A DNA stretch of 64,000 nt from Camelus ferus (GCF_009834535.1 NC_045697.1:88352001-88416000), one strand, 5' to 3'. Positions 38,136 to 51,599 are shown, numbered from the stretch's first letter. The notes: generated by a model from the sequence alone, not told the origin. Translations and numbers: made by a program.

Positions 38136-41100
38136 AAACCATTCTCTCTCTCATTTGGGGGACTCTCTCTCTCTAAAGCCAATTGAAGTCTCATTTCATC
38201 CACAAAGTTTTCTTAGTCCAATTCCTAGACAAATTGTATACAATCTCTTCTTGGGTACTTCTGCAGCATTTAGTACTTTCTTATGCACTTAGCTTATTCT
38301 TTCTTACAATTATGTGTCTTTTCCTTAATTTTCCTTTTGATGCCTAGTAAAGTAGGGGGCACATCTATAGATGGCAGAAAATGCCAAATCACCCAGTGTT
38401 AGTACAGGTCAAAAGAAGAAGGCAAGTACAGTGAGCATTAGAGGGGCAGAGAGTAAAACTGAAGGAAAATTTTATTTTCAAGGAGTGATTTTTGATCTCA
38501 AAGAGAAATTTCCAATCTTTGGAGAGTTATCTTAATCCTTGTGAGTGGTGCAGTCTCCATCCCTTGCATTTTCGTTTTCTCTTAATAGATGCGATAATCT
38601 GGACGGGAAAACGGAGCAACTGCTGAACTGGATAATAACACGACCTTCAAAAATGGAGAAGGCACATTTCAGACGTGCACTGAATCCTTCAGCCATTTGA
38701 AATGAAGGTTAATCCTTTGATTAATGATAATAGAAATTTGATGAGATAAATGTAATACGGGAAAAGTTTCATTGTTTCCTTGAATTCAAGTGTTTAGGTT
38801 ACGTATTATGAAAATTTCTGAATCCCTACTTTGAACATTGCTGCTCAAGTAGCTTACAAATAAAATGAATGTTTGGTAAATCAATTTCTTAGTTAAATCT
38901 TTCCTTGCCAGCTCAACCACAGAATTTAGAAACAAATGTAAATTTCATGCCAAAATTTTCCAACAGATTTTGTTAGTGCGGTAATAATTCCCAAATAATT
39001 TGGCAACGGGCCCATGAAAATGTTTATTAGTTATCTGCCCATGTCCCAGAGTTCCACCACCTCTTCCTGCCCCACCTCTTTCTCCTCTAAACCTCCTATC
39101 AGCTCGGAATTCTCATGGGTTTTCAGTGGCTTTCTATCGAAAATGTTTATAAAAACTTTTGTGTCATTACAGTGATGTAAGCATTTTCAAAAATCCGTGT
39201 TTGGTCATATGTTCCTAGCAGTGATAGGCTTCTGTACAAGTCTTTGGAGGAGTCTAGTCCCATTTTACTAGACTCCATTTGCCAGTACAAAGGCAACCGT
39301 TGCCAGATTTAGTTCCAACAAAGTGGAGGGCTGCCCAAGCGTTTGCTTCATTTGGAATATTCTTGCAGTCAAATATTTACACGGAACCCCCAAATCCTCT
39401 GGCTTAAATCGTTTATATTATTTCCAACCCACTGTCTATTTACAAAACCATTTAGTTTGGATGGTGGTATAGACCAGGTCTAGTTTCTGAGGGGAAACAG
39501 TGAGCACCATTATTGGTCCCTGTTAAAACAAGATTAGCCAGCACATTGGGAGTTGTACAAACAGAAGAACACTTACCCATTCTAAAGTGTGCTTGTTTCT
39601 TCACAAATTTATCTTTGAAATACACTGAAATGCACTGTTTTTTGGGAATTAGATCTTGGAATGTTATTCTGAAAGTTTCCTGAAGTAGTGACTGATAAAG
39701 GCTACTCGGAACTGTGTAGAGTAATCTTAAAAGAAAGGCAAAAATTAGCTGTTTGGGAGCCTATGACAGAAATGTTAAAATATTTGAAAACTTGGATGAA
39801 TGTAGAGAATCATATTTTAATTAAGAATCTATTCCTTTAAATGTAATTATTTCACTGATCCTGCCAAACCGCTCTTCAGATGCACTCTGTAAACAAGGAT
39901 TTATTATGTGGTAGAAAGAACAATGTGTTTTATATAACCTTTTATTTCATGTCCTGGGTTAATATGATAGACAAGTTCTAACTATGTTATGTGCCAACTA
40001 AGAGTATAATTTCATTGATGAACTGCAAGAGTTGTTTAGGCTAATGCGCTGATTTAGGTAGCACTGCTGCATGAGAGATTTACAAGCTAAGGGAAGTTCT
40101 ACGCTGAGGACAGAAGATCATGTCTAACTGCATTAAAGATACTCAATTACACACATTTTAAAACTGCAGTGAGCATGCCAATATATATCTACAAGCATTA
40201 AATTATATCCTGCCCATATACTGTTCATTCTGGTGCTATTTCCATTACACTGCCAACGAGCTTTGCTAAACAAGTAGCTGAATGATTGCTGCTCAGTCAG
40301 AACAAAGTGTCACTAAGAGATACTGTGTCTCTGACGGAGAGCCATTTGTCTGCACAAGGGAGATAGCAACCTTGGCTTTATGATTTTTCTTTAAAATGCT
40401 AATCAAATATGTTAATAGACAAAATAAATTTGCAAATTAATATTTTTAAATTGTGTATTTAGATGTTTAAACTAAACTCCCTTTCTCTTTATCTTGAAGA
40501 ATTTTCTGAGTGCAATCATTTGGTCGTTCTTGATCTAGTCTCTTTCAGTACTACCAGAGTATTTTGCATTTGTTTCCACTTCCGTGTATTATCATCTTAT
40601 AATTTTCTTAAATATATCTGCTCCCAGGTTAGATAGTTGAACTTCCTATTGCAGGAAATGGTAAATGCAACTTCTTATTTTCAGTTTAGTCTGGGATCTG
40701 GTGCATTGCAGAAATCTGAGATATGTTTCATAACTGTTGAATACAAATCACCTTGCAAAGCACAGCTCCTTCCTGCTCAAACATGCATATGGTGAGAAAA
40801 AAAACCCCATTAACTGCTTCACCGATTTAAATTTGATACTCTCTCATCCATTAATTTGTGTCAATGAAAGTAAAATAAAGTAAAGGAAATACTGATACTA
40901 GTTGGAGCTGCTTTTTTTGAACTCTCCGATAAATTAAACTGTGAAAGTTTAGACAGTGCAAGTCCTTGAAGCAATAGTTTTGCAAAGTCATTAAGTATTA
41001 GACCCAGGAAACTACATTTCTGCACAACAGTAAACTTGCTTCACTGATATGCTTAAGACGGCACATAAATATTATTCTTGGTCCCTTTGATAGCAGTGGA

Positions 41101-42336
41101 GCGCACAGTCCATGCCTTGCTGGCCTTTAAGCATTTTAACAGATATTTCCATGGATAAGTTTGCTTTTTTCTTTTTCTGCTTTATAAAACTTGGCACTTT
41201 TTAAAAATAAGAGTTTCCTCTTATTTTTTTGCCTTCCTTGTGATTTTTTTTTTAAACTCAGAAATTCGGGTTTTCACAAGTTCCCCTAGATGATTCTTCT
41301 TTTAATCAAGCTGAATAAACCCTGGACTAATTAACTCAAAACTCTCTCTCTTGTGTTTTAAATATGACTCCTTAATAGGTAACTGGCATCTATTATGGGG
41401 ACAAAAGAGTGGAGGAGGAAGACAGAAAGAGACTGAGAATATCTCAAGCACAAACACAGTTGGTGACCTGCGACCTGTCACTTGGTTATAACCTTCCCGG
41501 AGGAGATGTAACACAAATGAGAAGCCTTGAAATGGTGCATATGCTCTGCCTCCTCAGTTCCACTCCTAAGAATTTATCTAAATCACTCACCATAAAATTA
41601 TGCAAATATTCATAATTGAATATTTAATTGATGATATGAATACATCTTTCAGGATGTACAGGGGAGTCAGTTTTTTAAATAACAGTGAAACTTTGGAAAC
41701 AATGTGAATACCCAAGCATTTGATTAAAGGAAATATGTTACAACAGTGCATTTCTCTTTTTTGATCCTGGAATAGGTTATGTCTTTACCCTCTTAGCATT
41801 GAGCTCTTCTTAGTCCTCTGTATACTTAATAGTCCTTTGTTTATATTTGTTTTTCTCCTTATATTGTAAATCCCATAGTGATGGAAACTGGGTTATTATA
41901 TCTGCAATACTTAGAATAGGGTTTGGAACATAAGCAACTCTTAAAAAAAATGTGTTACATGATAAAGAGGAGCTACGCTGCTGGAAAATATTTATTATCT
42001 TGGAAAGTTGATGATATTTTCAACTGCTGAAAAACAATTATAATTTACATTATGTTCTTGCCTTAGGAAAATGGATTTCTGCATTAAAAACTTGGACATT
42101 TAAATACTAGAAAGAGAGTGTTACATTGTAGAGTTGTGTTTATTGGTAAATTTTGTGAAGTCAGGTATTTAAAGAAAAAGAAGAAGATCGGGCTGGGTCT
42201 GTGTGCGTGAATTCCCTGCACACGCTGGGCTTGTGTGTGTACTTTCACAGTTATCTGCAAACATGCTCTTTAGAAAAATTAAGACTTGATGGATAATTTG
42301 ACTATATTGTTTGAGTAATAACATTAATGATCCCTC

Positions 42337-42388
42337 TAGAAATTACTGTCACCATTGCATTATAGAAATTACTGTCACCACTGCATTA
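42337..42388. repeat. Tandem duplication of a 26-bp unit
   Basis: tagaaattactgtcaccaTtgcatta / tagaaattactgtcaccaCtgcatta (25/26 identical). Confidence 0.95.
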
Positions 42389-42505
42389 CCTTACCAGCTG
42401 CTCTGATGGTAAACATGGTTAATGGGATACACAGAACCAGTTCTCCAACTTTTTCTTATATGAAAAACAATAAACAATTTTATCCCAGGTACTATTAAAT
42501 TACTT

Positions 42506-42507
<2 letters not shown>

Positions 42508-42546
<39 letters not shown>
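42508..42546. repeat. (TG)19 microsatellite
   Basis: Perfect repeat seen directly. Confidence 0.95.
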
Positions 42547-42548
<2 letters not shown>

Positions 42549-42629
42549 GTGTGTCCTTTCTGAGCCTTTTTACTAAGTATGATTATCTTAATAACATTGG
42601 AAAGTCATCTTTCACCTGCTACTCATCTG

Positions 42630-43745
42630 TTAAAAGAGAAAACAAGTGGGACTATATCAAACTACAAAGTTTCTGCATAGCCAAGGAAACCATCCACAAA
42701 ATGAAAAGACAAACTACCGAAAGGGAGAATATATTGGCAAATCATATATCTGATCAGGGGTTAAAATCCAATATATATAAAGAGCTCATACAACTCAGTA
42801 ACTAAAAATAAACAATCCAATTAACAAATGGGTAGAGGACCTGAATAGACAGTTTTCCCAAGAAAACACACAGATGGCCAACAGGTACATGGAAAGATGC
42901 TCAATATCACTAATAATCAGGAAAATGCAAATCAGAACCCCACTGAGATATCATCTCACACCTGTTGGAATGGCTATTGTCAAAGAGATGAGATAACAAA
43001 AGCTGGTGAGGATGTGGAGAAAGGGGAACCCTTGTGCACTGTTAATGAGGATGTAAATTGGTGCAGCCACTAGGAAAGCAGTGTGGAGGTTGATGAAAAA
43101 TGTAAAAATAGAACTACCATACGATCCATCAGTTCCATACGAAGAATTTTGCTAGTTATCCGAAGAAAGGAGAAACACTAACTTAAAAAGATACATGCAC
43201 CCCCATGTTTATTGCAGAATTATTTATAATAGTCAAGATATGGGACAACCTAAACTGTCCATAAAAAAGAATGAAATCTTGCCATTTGCATGGACCTTGA
43301 AGGCATTATGCTAAGTTAAATAAGTCAAACAGTGAAAGAGAAATACTATATGAAGTCAGTTATAAGGGGAGTTTGAAAATACACAGGCTCACAGATGCAG
43401 AGAACAGACTGGTAGTTGCCAGAGGTGGTGGTGGTGGGGTGGTGGGCAAAATGGGTGGAGTCATAAAACAGACTCTTTCAGTTGTAAAGTAAATAAGTAA
43501 TGGGGATGTAGTGTACAGCAAGGCAACTACAGTTAGTAATACTGTGCTGCATATTTGAAAGTTGCTAAGAGGATAGATCTTAGAAGCTCTCATCTCAAGA
43601 AAAAAAATTCTATAGCTACGTATGATGATGGGTGTTAATAGATTTATTGCGGTGGTCATTTTGCATCATATGCAAACATCAAATCATTATGTTGTATACC
43701 TGAAATTAATATTATGTTCTATTTCAATTATGCTTTAATTTAAAA
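42630..43745 (+). mobile_element. L1MA9-like ORF2 end and 3' UTR, 5'-truncated
   Basis: ORF 42509-42805 reads [41 protein letters not shown] (L1 ORF2); 3' UTR tttgaaagttgctaagag. Confidence 0.92.
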
Positions 43746-43759
43746 GGGTACAAAATTCT

Positions 43760-43936
43760 GGCCACCCTCTTTCGCTCCCTCCCCTTCGGAAATGGCCAGC
43801 ACTCGTCTATGGAGTGTGTACCTACTTTTACTTTAACCTGAGCACCCAACTCCCACACCTCTTTCCTTGCCTTTCTCTTGCCTTACACTCTATGCAGTAT
43901 GTATCTCTCTAAGTAAATCTATCTTTACTAAAAAGG
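43760..43936 (+). mobile_element. ERV1-type LTR U3/R fragment with A-tail, TSD-flanked (retrocopy-like)
   Basis: tctatggagtgtgta and tctctctaagtaaatct LTR motifs; A-rich tail; 18-bp TSD (16/18) at 43742-43759 and 43937-43954. Confidence 0.6.
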
Positions 43937-44249
43937 AAAAAGGTTCAAAATTCTAAATAAGCAGTCTTAATAATAAGCACAAATATATGTAGGTCCCTTC
44001 ACATATATGAATCAAAGGGCATATGACAGTTATAGTATTTATAAGACATTAACATATATAAAACTCTCATAAATATACTAAACCACTTATATACCTGAAA
44101 AACTGGAGTCTCTTAGTCTTTTAAAATATCTACTAGGAGCTCACCTATACTTCTTTGCACTAAAACATTCGTTGCTATGTGATTTTTGAAATTAAAAATG
44201 TTGTGAGTAATGTGCTTGTGAATCCTTGCCAGAAATGACCATGCCATGA

Positions 44250-44400
44250 AATGGGGAGTGAAGCCTTTAGATTCATAAAAACTGCAGTGCAGTCCTAACT
44301 CTGCCTCAGATCAGCTGTGTGAGCTGGGAAGTCACTGAAGCTCTCCAGGCCATTTTCCTGTAAGGGGTCAGAGTGATAAATCCTAAGACTTCTTTCAACT
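44250..44400 (+). mobile_element. MIR fragment
   Basis: gtcctaactctgcc...agctgtgtgagctgggaagtcactgaagctctc. Confidence 0.6.
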
Positions 44401-44991
44401 CCATCCTTCTTCAGAGTTACTTGGTTCTGATAGATAACAAAAGTTGGGAGTAGTTAAAGGATAAGGAAATGTATTTCAGTCACTCTATTCTTTTCCATTT
44501 TCCTCTGACATCATGCCTTGCTCAGCCAGTCATAATAATAATGATGAGAATGATAATGATAATAGCAGTTATCAAAGGATGCTCCATTTGTGCCAAGTTC
44601 TAAGCCCTATGCTCACATCAACTCATTTTGTTGACGTCTGGTTCCAGAGCCCATGCTCTTAACCACTCACCGGGGGCTGGTGGGGCAGTGACCTCCGCAG
44701 CCGGAAGAGCCTCTGCCTCCACACCTGTCCCTGATTTCAGTCAGGGCTCCCTAGGTCTGCCCACTGTGACATGGCCATGTGTGGGCAAAGAGGGGGTGGT
44801 AAGGGGTCAAAAAGGTTGAGAAGAGTGTCTTAGAGACAGTGTCTGCTTCCATGACTGTGGACCCTGTTGCTCTTGGGTGGTGGGCTGGCCTCAGCATAAC
44901 TGTATAATAGTCCTCCATCCGCCTTGGCAAAGACATGAATGGGAACAGATTTAAATATTTACAATCTTCCTCTGGCCTGCTTTCTTAATAC

Positions 44992-45480
44992 TGATGCTTT
45001 CGAAACTCTGGGACATTGACTAGCCAATGGAAGTCAATTAAGTGGTTTGTAGTCAGCTTTCAAAAATAAAACAGTCAGATTATAAACAACAAACTTCTTC
45101 TGTATAGCACAGGGAACTATATTCAATATCTTGTAATAACCTATAATGAAAAAGAATATGAAAATGAATATATGTATGTATATGTATGACTGAGACATTA
45201 TGCTGTACACCAGAAATGGACACAACATTGCAAACTGACTATACTTCAAAAAAAAAAATTTAAAAAACAGACCATATATCTAATAAGAGGCTGGAAAAAA
45301 ATAAAATAGAATCAAACATTCCAGAATTCATTATAAATAGTAAAGATAAATACTGTTTTTTGAAGTGCTTGTTTCATGGGAATGCGTGTTCATGTGTTCG
45401 TGCCTAAGTTTGCTTACTTTTTCATAATTTAAAAGGTGTTTCTCATTGTGAGTAATATTCAGAAAAGTTTGGAAGCTCTA
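44992..45480 (+). mobile_element. hAT-Charlie MITE (subfamily uncertain) interrupted by a younger L1
   Basis: aagtcaattaagtgg, tagtaaagataaatactgttt, gtgtttctcattgtgagt...aaaagtttggaagc. Confidence 0.5.
45081..45266 (+). mobile_element. Artiodactyl/camelid L1 3' end with poly(A)
   Basis: ctgtatagcacagggaactatattcaatatcttgtaataacctataatg...actatacttcaaaaaaaaaaa; TSD-like aaaacagtcagat / aaaacagaccatat. Confidence 0.9.
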
Positions 45481-46099
45481 TTATAAAACTGGAAAGAGGA
45501 AGAGGGTGGTGAAGATCAAGTGTACTATGTTTGTTTTACAAGGTGATAAGTAATGTTCTATTTACACAACATAAGTGTTTAAAAGCGAACCAATTATGCC
45601 TTCTCCACCTACATTTAAATTCTTCCTCAAATGAAGTCATTTAAATGATCTTGGTCAAGAAGAAACAAAACATTATTATTCTCCAACCAATTGGATTTGT
45701 AGGAAAATGTAAAAATATAATTCTCTTTCTAATCAGTTTTCTTTGAAAAGAGAATCTTTATTGTTTGAATATTTTTCTCTTTTGAGTTTTGCCAAGGTTT
45801 TTCCTGTCATTACCCGCCCAAGTTTAATAGCCTATAGCACAACTTCCCCCAACGTCACTAATCCTGTACAACAGAAATTTTACCAATTATTTATTTTAAA
45901 GCAAGAAAAGAAAACACATGGAAATTGCATGAGTGTTCGAGTCCAGGATGATTTGTTTCTGAATAAGTCTATTCAACTTACTAGATGGGTTATAGATGCA
46001 ATTTTCTCAAGCTTCCCAAGCCAATTACCTCATTCATGAAAGCGGGTTAATAACAATCATTGTCCCACACCCCCCTTTATCACTCAAGCCCCTGCCTTA

Positions 46100-46710
46100 A
46101 GCATCTCTCTCCTGACCTAGACTTTTGAAGGCATCCTTACTTCCACCCTTGCCCCCTTGCAGTCTGGCTGCAATCAGGGGACAGAGTGATCTTTTAAAAA
46201 CAGTAATCAGATCACTCTAGTTTCCTGTCCAAAACTTTCCAAAGGATACATTCATGTGTGATTTAGTTTTGGTTGTGTCTGCCACCATCTCCTAACTGTC
46301 TCAATCTACTAACTCTCTACAAACTCATTCTACTCTAATAAATTCTATCCTTCTTCGTGTTCTGTAAACACTTAGAACTCATTCTTACGTTAGGGCACTT
46401 ACTCTTGGCTTGACCTGCACCATTTTTTTCCAGATGTTCGTATAGCTCATGCCTTCACATCATTTCTGCATCTGGTAGAATGCCATATCCTTAAAACGCA
46501 CCACCTCTGCCTTCACCCTTCATTACATTGCCTGCTTTAATTTCTTCCTAGCACTTATCACTCACATGACATTATGTCCCTAGAATTTGACTTCCATGAG
46601 GGCAGGGACTTTGTCTTGTTTCCTGCTGAGTGCACAGCCCCCAAATCGTGCCTGGTGCTTAACTGTAGGTTAACTAGTTGTGCTTAACTAGTTGTTGAAT
46701 AAATAATGAA
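46100..46710 (+). mobile_element. L2a-like 3' fragment
   Basis: cagagtgatcttttaaaa...cagatca; tccatgagggcagggactttgtcttgtt; gttgttgaataaataatgaa. Confidence 0.8.
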
Positions 46711-46916
46711 ATATTTTTAAGTTCTTGCAAGGCTGATATGTGGGTTAAATAAAATAACTGATAAGAAGTGTCTGTGATCATGCTTGGCACAAAATTAACA
46801 TTTAATGTATGTCAGCTAATTTTATTGTCAAAGCTAAATTTTATTTTCCCATGCAGTGGGTAGTTACTATCAGGATAAAATAAAAAAAGGACACTTATTT
46901 TTCTGGAGCTGGATGC

Positions 46917-47366
46917 TGTGATGATTAACTTTTTTGTAGCAACTTGTCTGGAAAATTGGTCAAACATGATTCTGGATGTTTTCATGAGGGTGATTTTGGG
47001 TGAGATTTACGTTTACACCGATAGACTTTCAGTAAAGCAGACTGCCATCTGTAATGTGGGTGGCCCTCATTTAATGGGTTTGAAGACCTGAAACAAAAAC
47101 CTAACGTCCTAATGAGAGGGAATTCTCCAGCTGACTGCCCTTGGGCTTCCTCTGCAGCACCGGCTCTTCCTGGTTCTGCAGCAGAACACCTTTGGGCTTG
47201 AACTGCAACTCTTCGCCGAGTCTCCGGGCTGCTGACCTAACCCATCGTACTTTGCGTTCACCAAGGCTCCACAATCACATCTGCCAATTTTTTAAAAATA
47301 AATCTCTTTCTATATGTATACACACATCCTATTGTCTCTGTTCTCTGGAGAACCCTGGCTAACACA
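46917..47366 (+). mobile_element. ERVL solo LTR (MLT2B-like), complete
   Basis: TGTGATGATTAA...tctctggagaaccctggctaacaCA; AATAAA near 47297; perfect 5-bp TSD gatgc (46912-46916, 47367-47371). Confidence 0.92.
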
Positions 47367-47371
47367 GATGC

Positions 47372-47800
47372 TTTCAGCTGCGAGTACGATGTACCATCTG
47401 GTCTCTACCATGCCAGCTATCACCCGAGACTAAAACGTTAGGGTTTTTTTTTCCTCATACTGCAACACGTTTGCTTAGCAGCTCAAGGAGGACGGCCCCT
47501 GAGTAGCCTCTCTACTGGCCTCGGTCTTCTCTTCTTAGTCACAGTCCAGCAACTTCGCTTCCAAACAACTGGGTCCTCACACAGCCGCGTCAAGGGCAGG
47601 AAGCAGCAGTGGCTGCTTCTCACATCTCTGTCTCTTTCATCAAGGAGGGCAATCTTTTACAGATGCCTCCCAAATTTCTTCCCTTCATGTCTTAGCAACT
47701 GGAGTTTATTCACTCTCCCATGCCTTCCCTACCAGAGAAGCTGGGAAAATGCTACGCTAGCAAGAAAGAATGGCAGGAGGAGAGCTCTTGTTAAGCAACT
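47372..47800 (-). mobile_element. Old MaLR LTR (MLT1J/K/L-like), host of the MLT2B insertion
   Basis: ggatgc[insert]tttcagctgcgagta terminus; ttcccttcatgtct, gaagctgggaaa. Confidence 0.55.
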
Positions 47801-47880
47801 GCAGCCGTGGCTGTGTGTCAGAAGAAACTACACCACAATGTAATGGAAGAAGTGGAGGATTCTAAATGAGTCAGACTGGG

Positions 47881-48453
47881 TGTATACGTTTATTATTACT
47901 ACAGAACAAATGACCACAAGTTTGGTGGCTTAAACAACATACGCTTATCTCACAGTTTCTATGGGTCAGAAGTGTGAGCACAGCTTAGTCAGTTCCCCTA
48001 TTTAGGGTTTCCTGAGGCTGAAATCAAGGCAGGCACCAGGGGGCAGGATTGTCCTCAGCCCGGGGTCTTCTTCCAAACTCGGAATTTGGGCAGAATTCTG
48101 ATCCTTGTGGTTGTAAGACTGAAATTCCCCATCACACAAACTCTCTCCGGACATGGCATCTGCTTCTTTAAGACTTAAGAAGGGAGCAGCTGTGCACCTT
48201 TTTCGTGTCTCTTACTTCTAGACCCTCTTTAGAAGTGTCTCCCTCGTTATTAACTTGAAGTCAACGAATGGACTTGGGATCCTAGCTCTAGCTGCCCAGG
48301 CCCTTCACCTTTGACATGTAATCATAGCAATGATTTCTCAACATCTTTGCCACATTCTGTTGATTAAAAGCCAGTTGTAGTTCCCTCTCATACTCAGGAC
48401 GAAACTGTACAAGGGGTGGGTCAATGATGATCATCTCAAAATTCTTGTTGCAC
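47881..48453 (-). mobile_element. MaLR solo LTR (MLT1E-like) inserted in a MIR
   Basis: acaaatgaccacaa...ggcttaaacaaca...tatctcacagtttctatgggtcag; TSD ctggg / ctggc. Confidence 0.85.
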
Positions 48454-48534
48454 CTGGCTTCGCACTTCAATTCCATTACTTTTGTCTCTGTAACCTTTAC
48501 TTAGTTTACTTCTCTGAGGTTTTCAAACAGGCTT

Positions 48535-48816
48535 ACCTTGTGCTTTAATCTATTTTGATCCTTAGGGGCTTTCCAAGATCACCACATTAACATAAACTCT
48601 GGTGTGACTGAAAGGGGCTTGTTATAAATAACAAAGACATCCATTTCACCTTTATGCTCTGAAACTATTTCAGAAACTGGAAATAGAACTAAATACTACA
48701 GCAAAAGATGCTCCCATGCCTCTTATATAGAATATTAAAAGGGTTTTAGCAGCTATATGCCAGGAATAGTGGAATAAGACCAAATATGTATTTTTGATTA
48801 TAACTCAAACATCATA
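48535..48816 (-). mobile_element. MER21C-like LTR fragment
   Basis: cattaacataaactctggtgtgactgaaaggggcttgttat...caaaagatgctccca...aagggttttagcagct. Confidence 0.7.
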
Positions 48817-49619
48817 AATGCCTAGCTCCGCAGTTGGTAGGTAGAATGCAATTTTACTATCCTGTTTAATCACCTACGAAGTTGTTTAAGTAAGGTGAAC
48901 TCAGTAAAATGCTTCGTACAGAATCTGGTCCGTAGAAACAATACAATAAACGTTAATTTCCTTTCCCTTTCATCTTTACATGATGCTGTTTTAGAAGAAA
49001 TACTGCTTTTTTTTAATGACGTGAACATCATAAAAAAAGATTTATAGTATACTTCCGAGCCAGTTATTTTGTGTTACGAGTTTTTATAATCTTAATTGTG
49101 TTATAAAGGAAAAATGGAAGCACTAATCTGCTTGATCTTCTATTTAATTTGAAAAGATTTTTTTACAATAAAATTTATTTAAAAAAACTAGAAAACTGTC
49201 TGAATTTTTGTAAAATGTCATTCATTCTATATGATTATATTTCTGAATGTTTTCAATGCCTAAAGATAATTTGATAAACAATTTGGAAAAAATATTATCG
49301 TAAATTTAAACTATAACAAATCTTTAGTTAAGTTTAAAATATCACTTATTTTGCAAAAAAAAAATGAAAAATTGAAGCAGCTTAGAGTAAAAATAAATAG
49401 TAAAAACATTATTTAAAAAATTTAAAAACAAAATTAGAGATCATTTACTTAGAGAAATATACATAAATGCCCAGAAATTTGTTACTGGAAGAGAATACAA
49501 AATTTAGCCCTGTATTTCTTAAAGTAAAAATAAATACATAAATAGATAGATAAATAAATAAATAAATAAAGGAGCACTGAGTCATATTATTAATAATACT
49601 CTCATATTAAAAAATACAT

Positions 49620-49745
49620 ATTCATCTTTGAACTCTTTTAAGACAGGGAACCAATTATTTTTCCATGTTAGTATCACTTTGGCCTGGCCTAGTGCCTTGA
49701 ATCTTAGGCCTTAAATACATGTTTGTTGAAATGAACTGAACTGTC
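49620..49745 (+). mobile_element. L2 3' tail
   Basis: gcctagtgcctt...taaatacatgtttgttgaaatgaactgaa. Confidence 0.6.
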
Positions 49746-50669
49746 ACCAAAGCTATCCTTTACGTGATACTTAAGAGAGAAAGATCCTGCATGGCTGCTG
49801 ACATACAGGACACCAATAAACATGATAGGTAAATGTTTCAATGTCAGTTTGAGAAGATGCAGAAATGTTCTTCATATAGTAGTTTCTCATGTCTAGTATA
49901 TGTAGAATTTAATCTTGATAAAGCCATTTCTTTAAGGAGCTAAGCATGGTCTTAGAAACTCTTTCTCAAATATAGTATTGCAGCTGAATGTTTACTATTA
50001 GGATTGGCTAAGGCATTGAAGATTTAAATGTTTTAGATCTGGTCCCTGCATTCCAGGAATTCATAAGGCAGCTAACTTGGGATTGGCTTCTCTGACAAGC
50101 TCTGAAATGTTAACATTCTGGGGAAGTTTGACTAAAGATAAGGGTATACAGTGTGTATCTGCTATTTTGTTATCCAAGCCTAAGGTATATTTCACCCAGA
50201 CTCAAAGGGCTGTCCAAATTCTGTATGGAGGTCTATGCCTGTGAGTCCAAAACTGTCCACAGAGAGATGAAACTGCTTGAATTCTTGATTTTGATCCCAA
50301 GATCTGTTCCATACAGAACAAAAGAGAAAAGTTGGCCTAGAAATTTAAAAGTAGGTGTTGTCAATTGGCCATTTCAATCATTGGAATCCTCAGTGTGGCC
50401 CCCAAAGTAATTTTCTTTGAAATAATATCACATAGTAATGATCTTACTCAAATAAGTTAGTAGGAGCACATATGTCCACATTTGACTTGAATTACTGGGT
50501 TGAGAATTAACATTTATACTTGAAATTTGGAGAATATGGAGCCAAAGTCAACAATTTTTGTTGCTGTCCCTTTTGACAGCAAATAGTCAACAGATTTGAC
50601 TGCTTCTGAAGGACTACTGGCTTATAACAGTGAAATATGTCAATGGCACTGAAAAAAGAAGTAGGCATG

Positions 50670-51246
50670 TGTGGTAGACAGATCCTCAAGGGCTCCCTAA
50701 GATTCCCAGCTCATGGTGTTTACACACCTTCTCCTAGTTATTCAGTTAAATGCTAAGAATATTGATTTTATAATATTGATTTTATTATAGGACGATTATC
50801 CATATGGGCCTAATTAAATCATACAAGATCTTTAAAATAGAGAGTTTTCTTTAGATAGTTGGTCATATTAGGAAGAGCCTGAACCATATTTTAGCTGGCC
50901 TGGAAGAAAACAAACATCTACACTGTGATGGGCTATGGCAGCCACTGTGGCAAGAAACTGCAGGAGATATCTAGGGAAGAGAGTGAACGTGGTCAACAGC
51001 TAAAAGGAAAATAGGGACCTCAGTCCTACAACCACAAGGAAATGAATTCTGCCCACTGAGCTTGGAGGAGGACCCACACTTCAGACAAGAACCATAGCCC
51101 CAACCAACACCTTGATTTCAGTCTGATGAGATTCTGGGCAGAGAATTCATTCATGGTGTACAGGACTCTGACCTACAGAAACTATGAGATAACAAATTTG
51201 TGCTTTTTTATGCTGGTAAGTTTGTGGTCATTTGTTATACAGCATA
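50670..51246 (+). mobile_element. MaLR LTR (MLT1E2-like)
   Basis: tgtggtagacaga...gggacctcagtcctacaaccacaaggaaatgaattctgcc...ctgacctacagaaactatgagataa. Confidence 0.88.
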
Positions 51247-51599
51247 CATTTTAATGTAAAATAATGCTACATGCATTTAATTAATTTAACATAGAGCCAA
51301 ATTACTGGATACATTAAGAGAAGAGATAACAAGATTCAGCTGTTCCACATCTTTTAGAATTTGTGCCTAAAATATACAAAGATAATTTCTTCCAGTTTCA
51401 GCTCTACTTGTAATAATTTAATTCCATATGAAAAAATGCACAGAGAAAGAAAATGCACACATAGAACATTCTTAGGGTCCACCAGGTAGTGCCATCAAGT
51501 TGTTGTGTGAGGTGTTTGAAAGAAAGTAATTGTGAATCATACTGGAAATTGAAAAAAAGAAAGAAAACTGGTTTGTGGTCATGTCAAGGAGGACCAACA

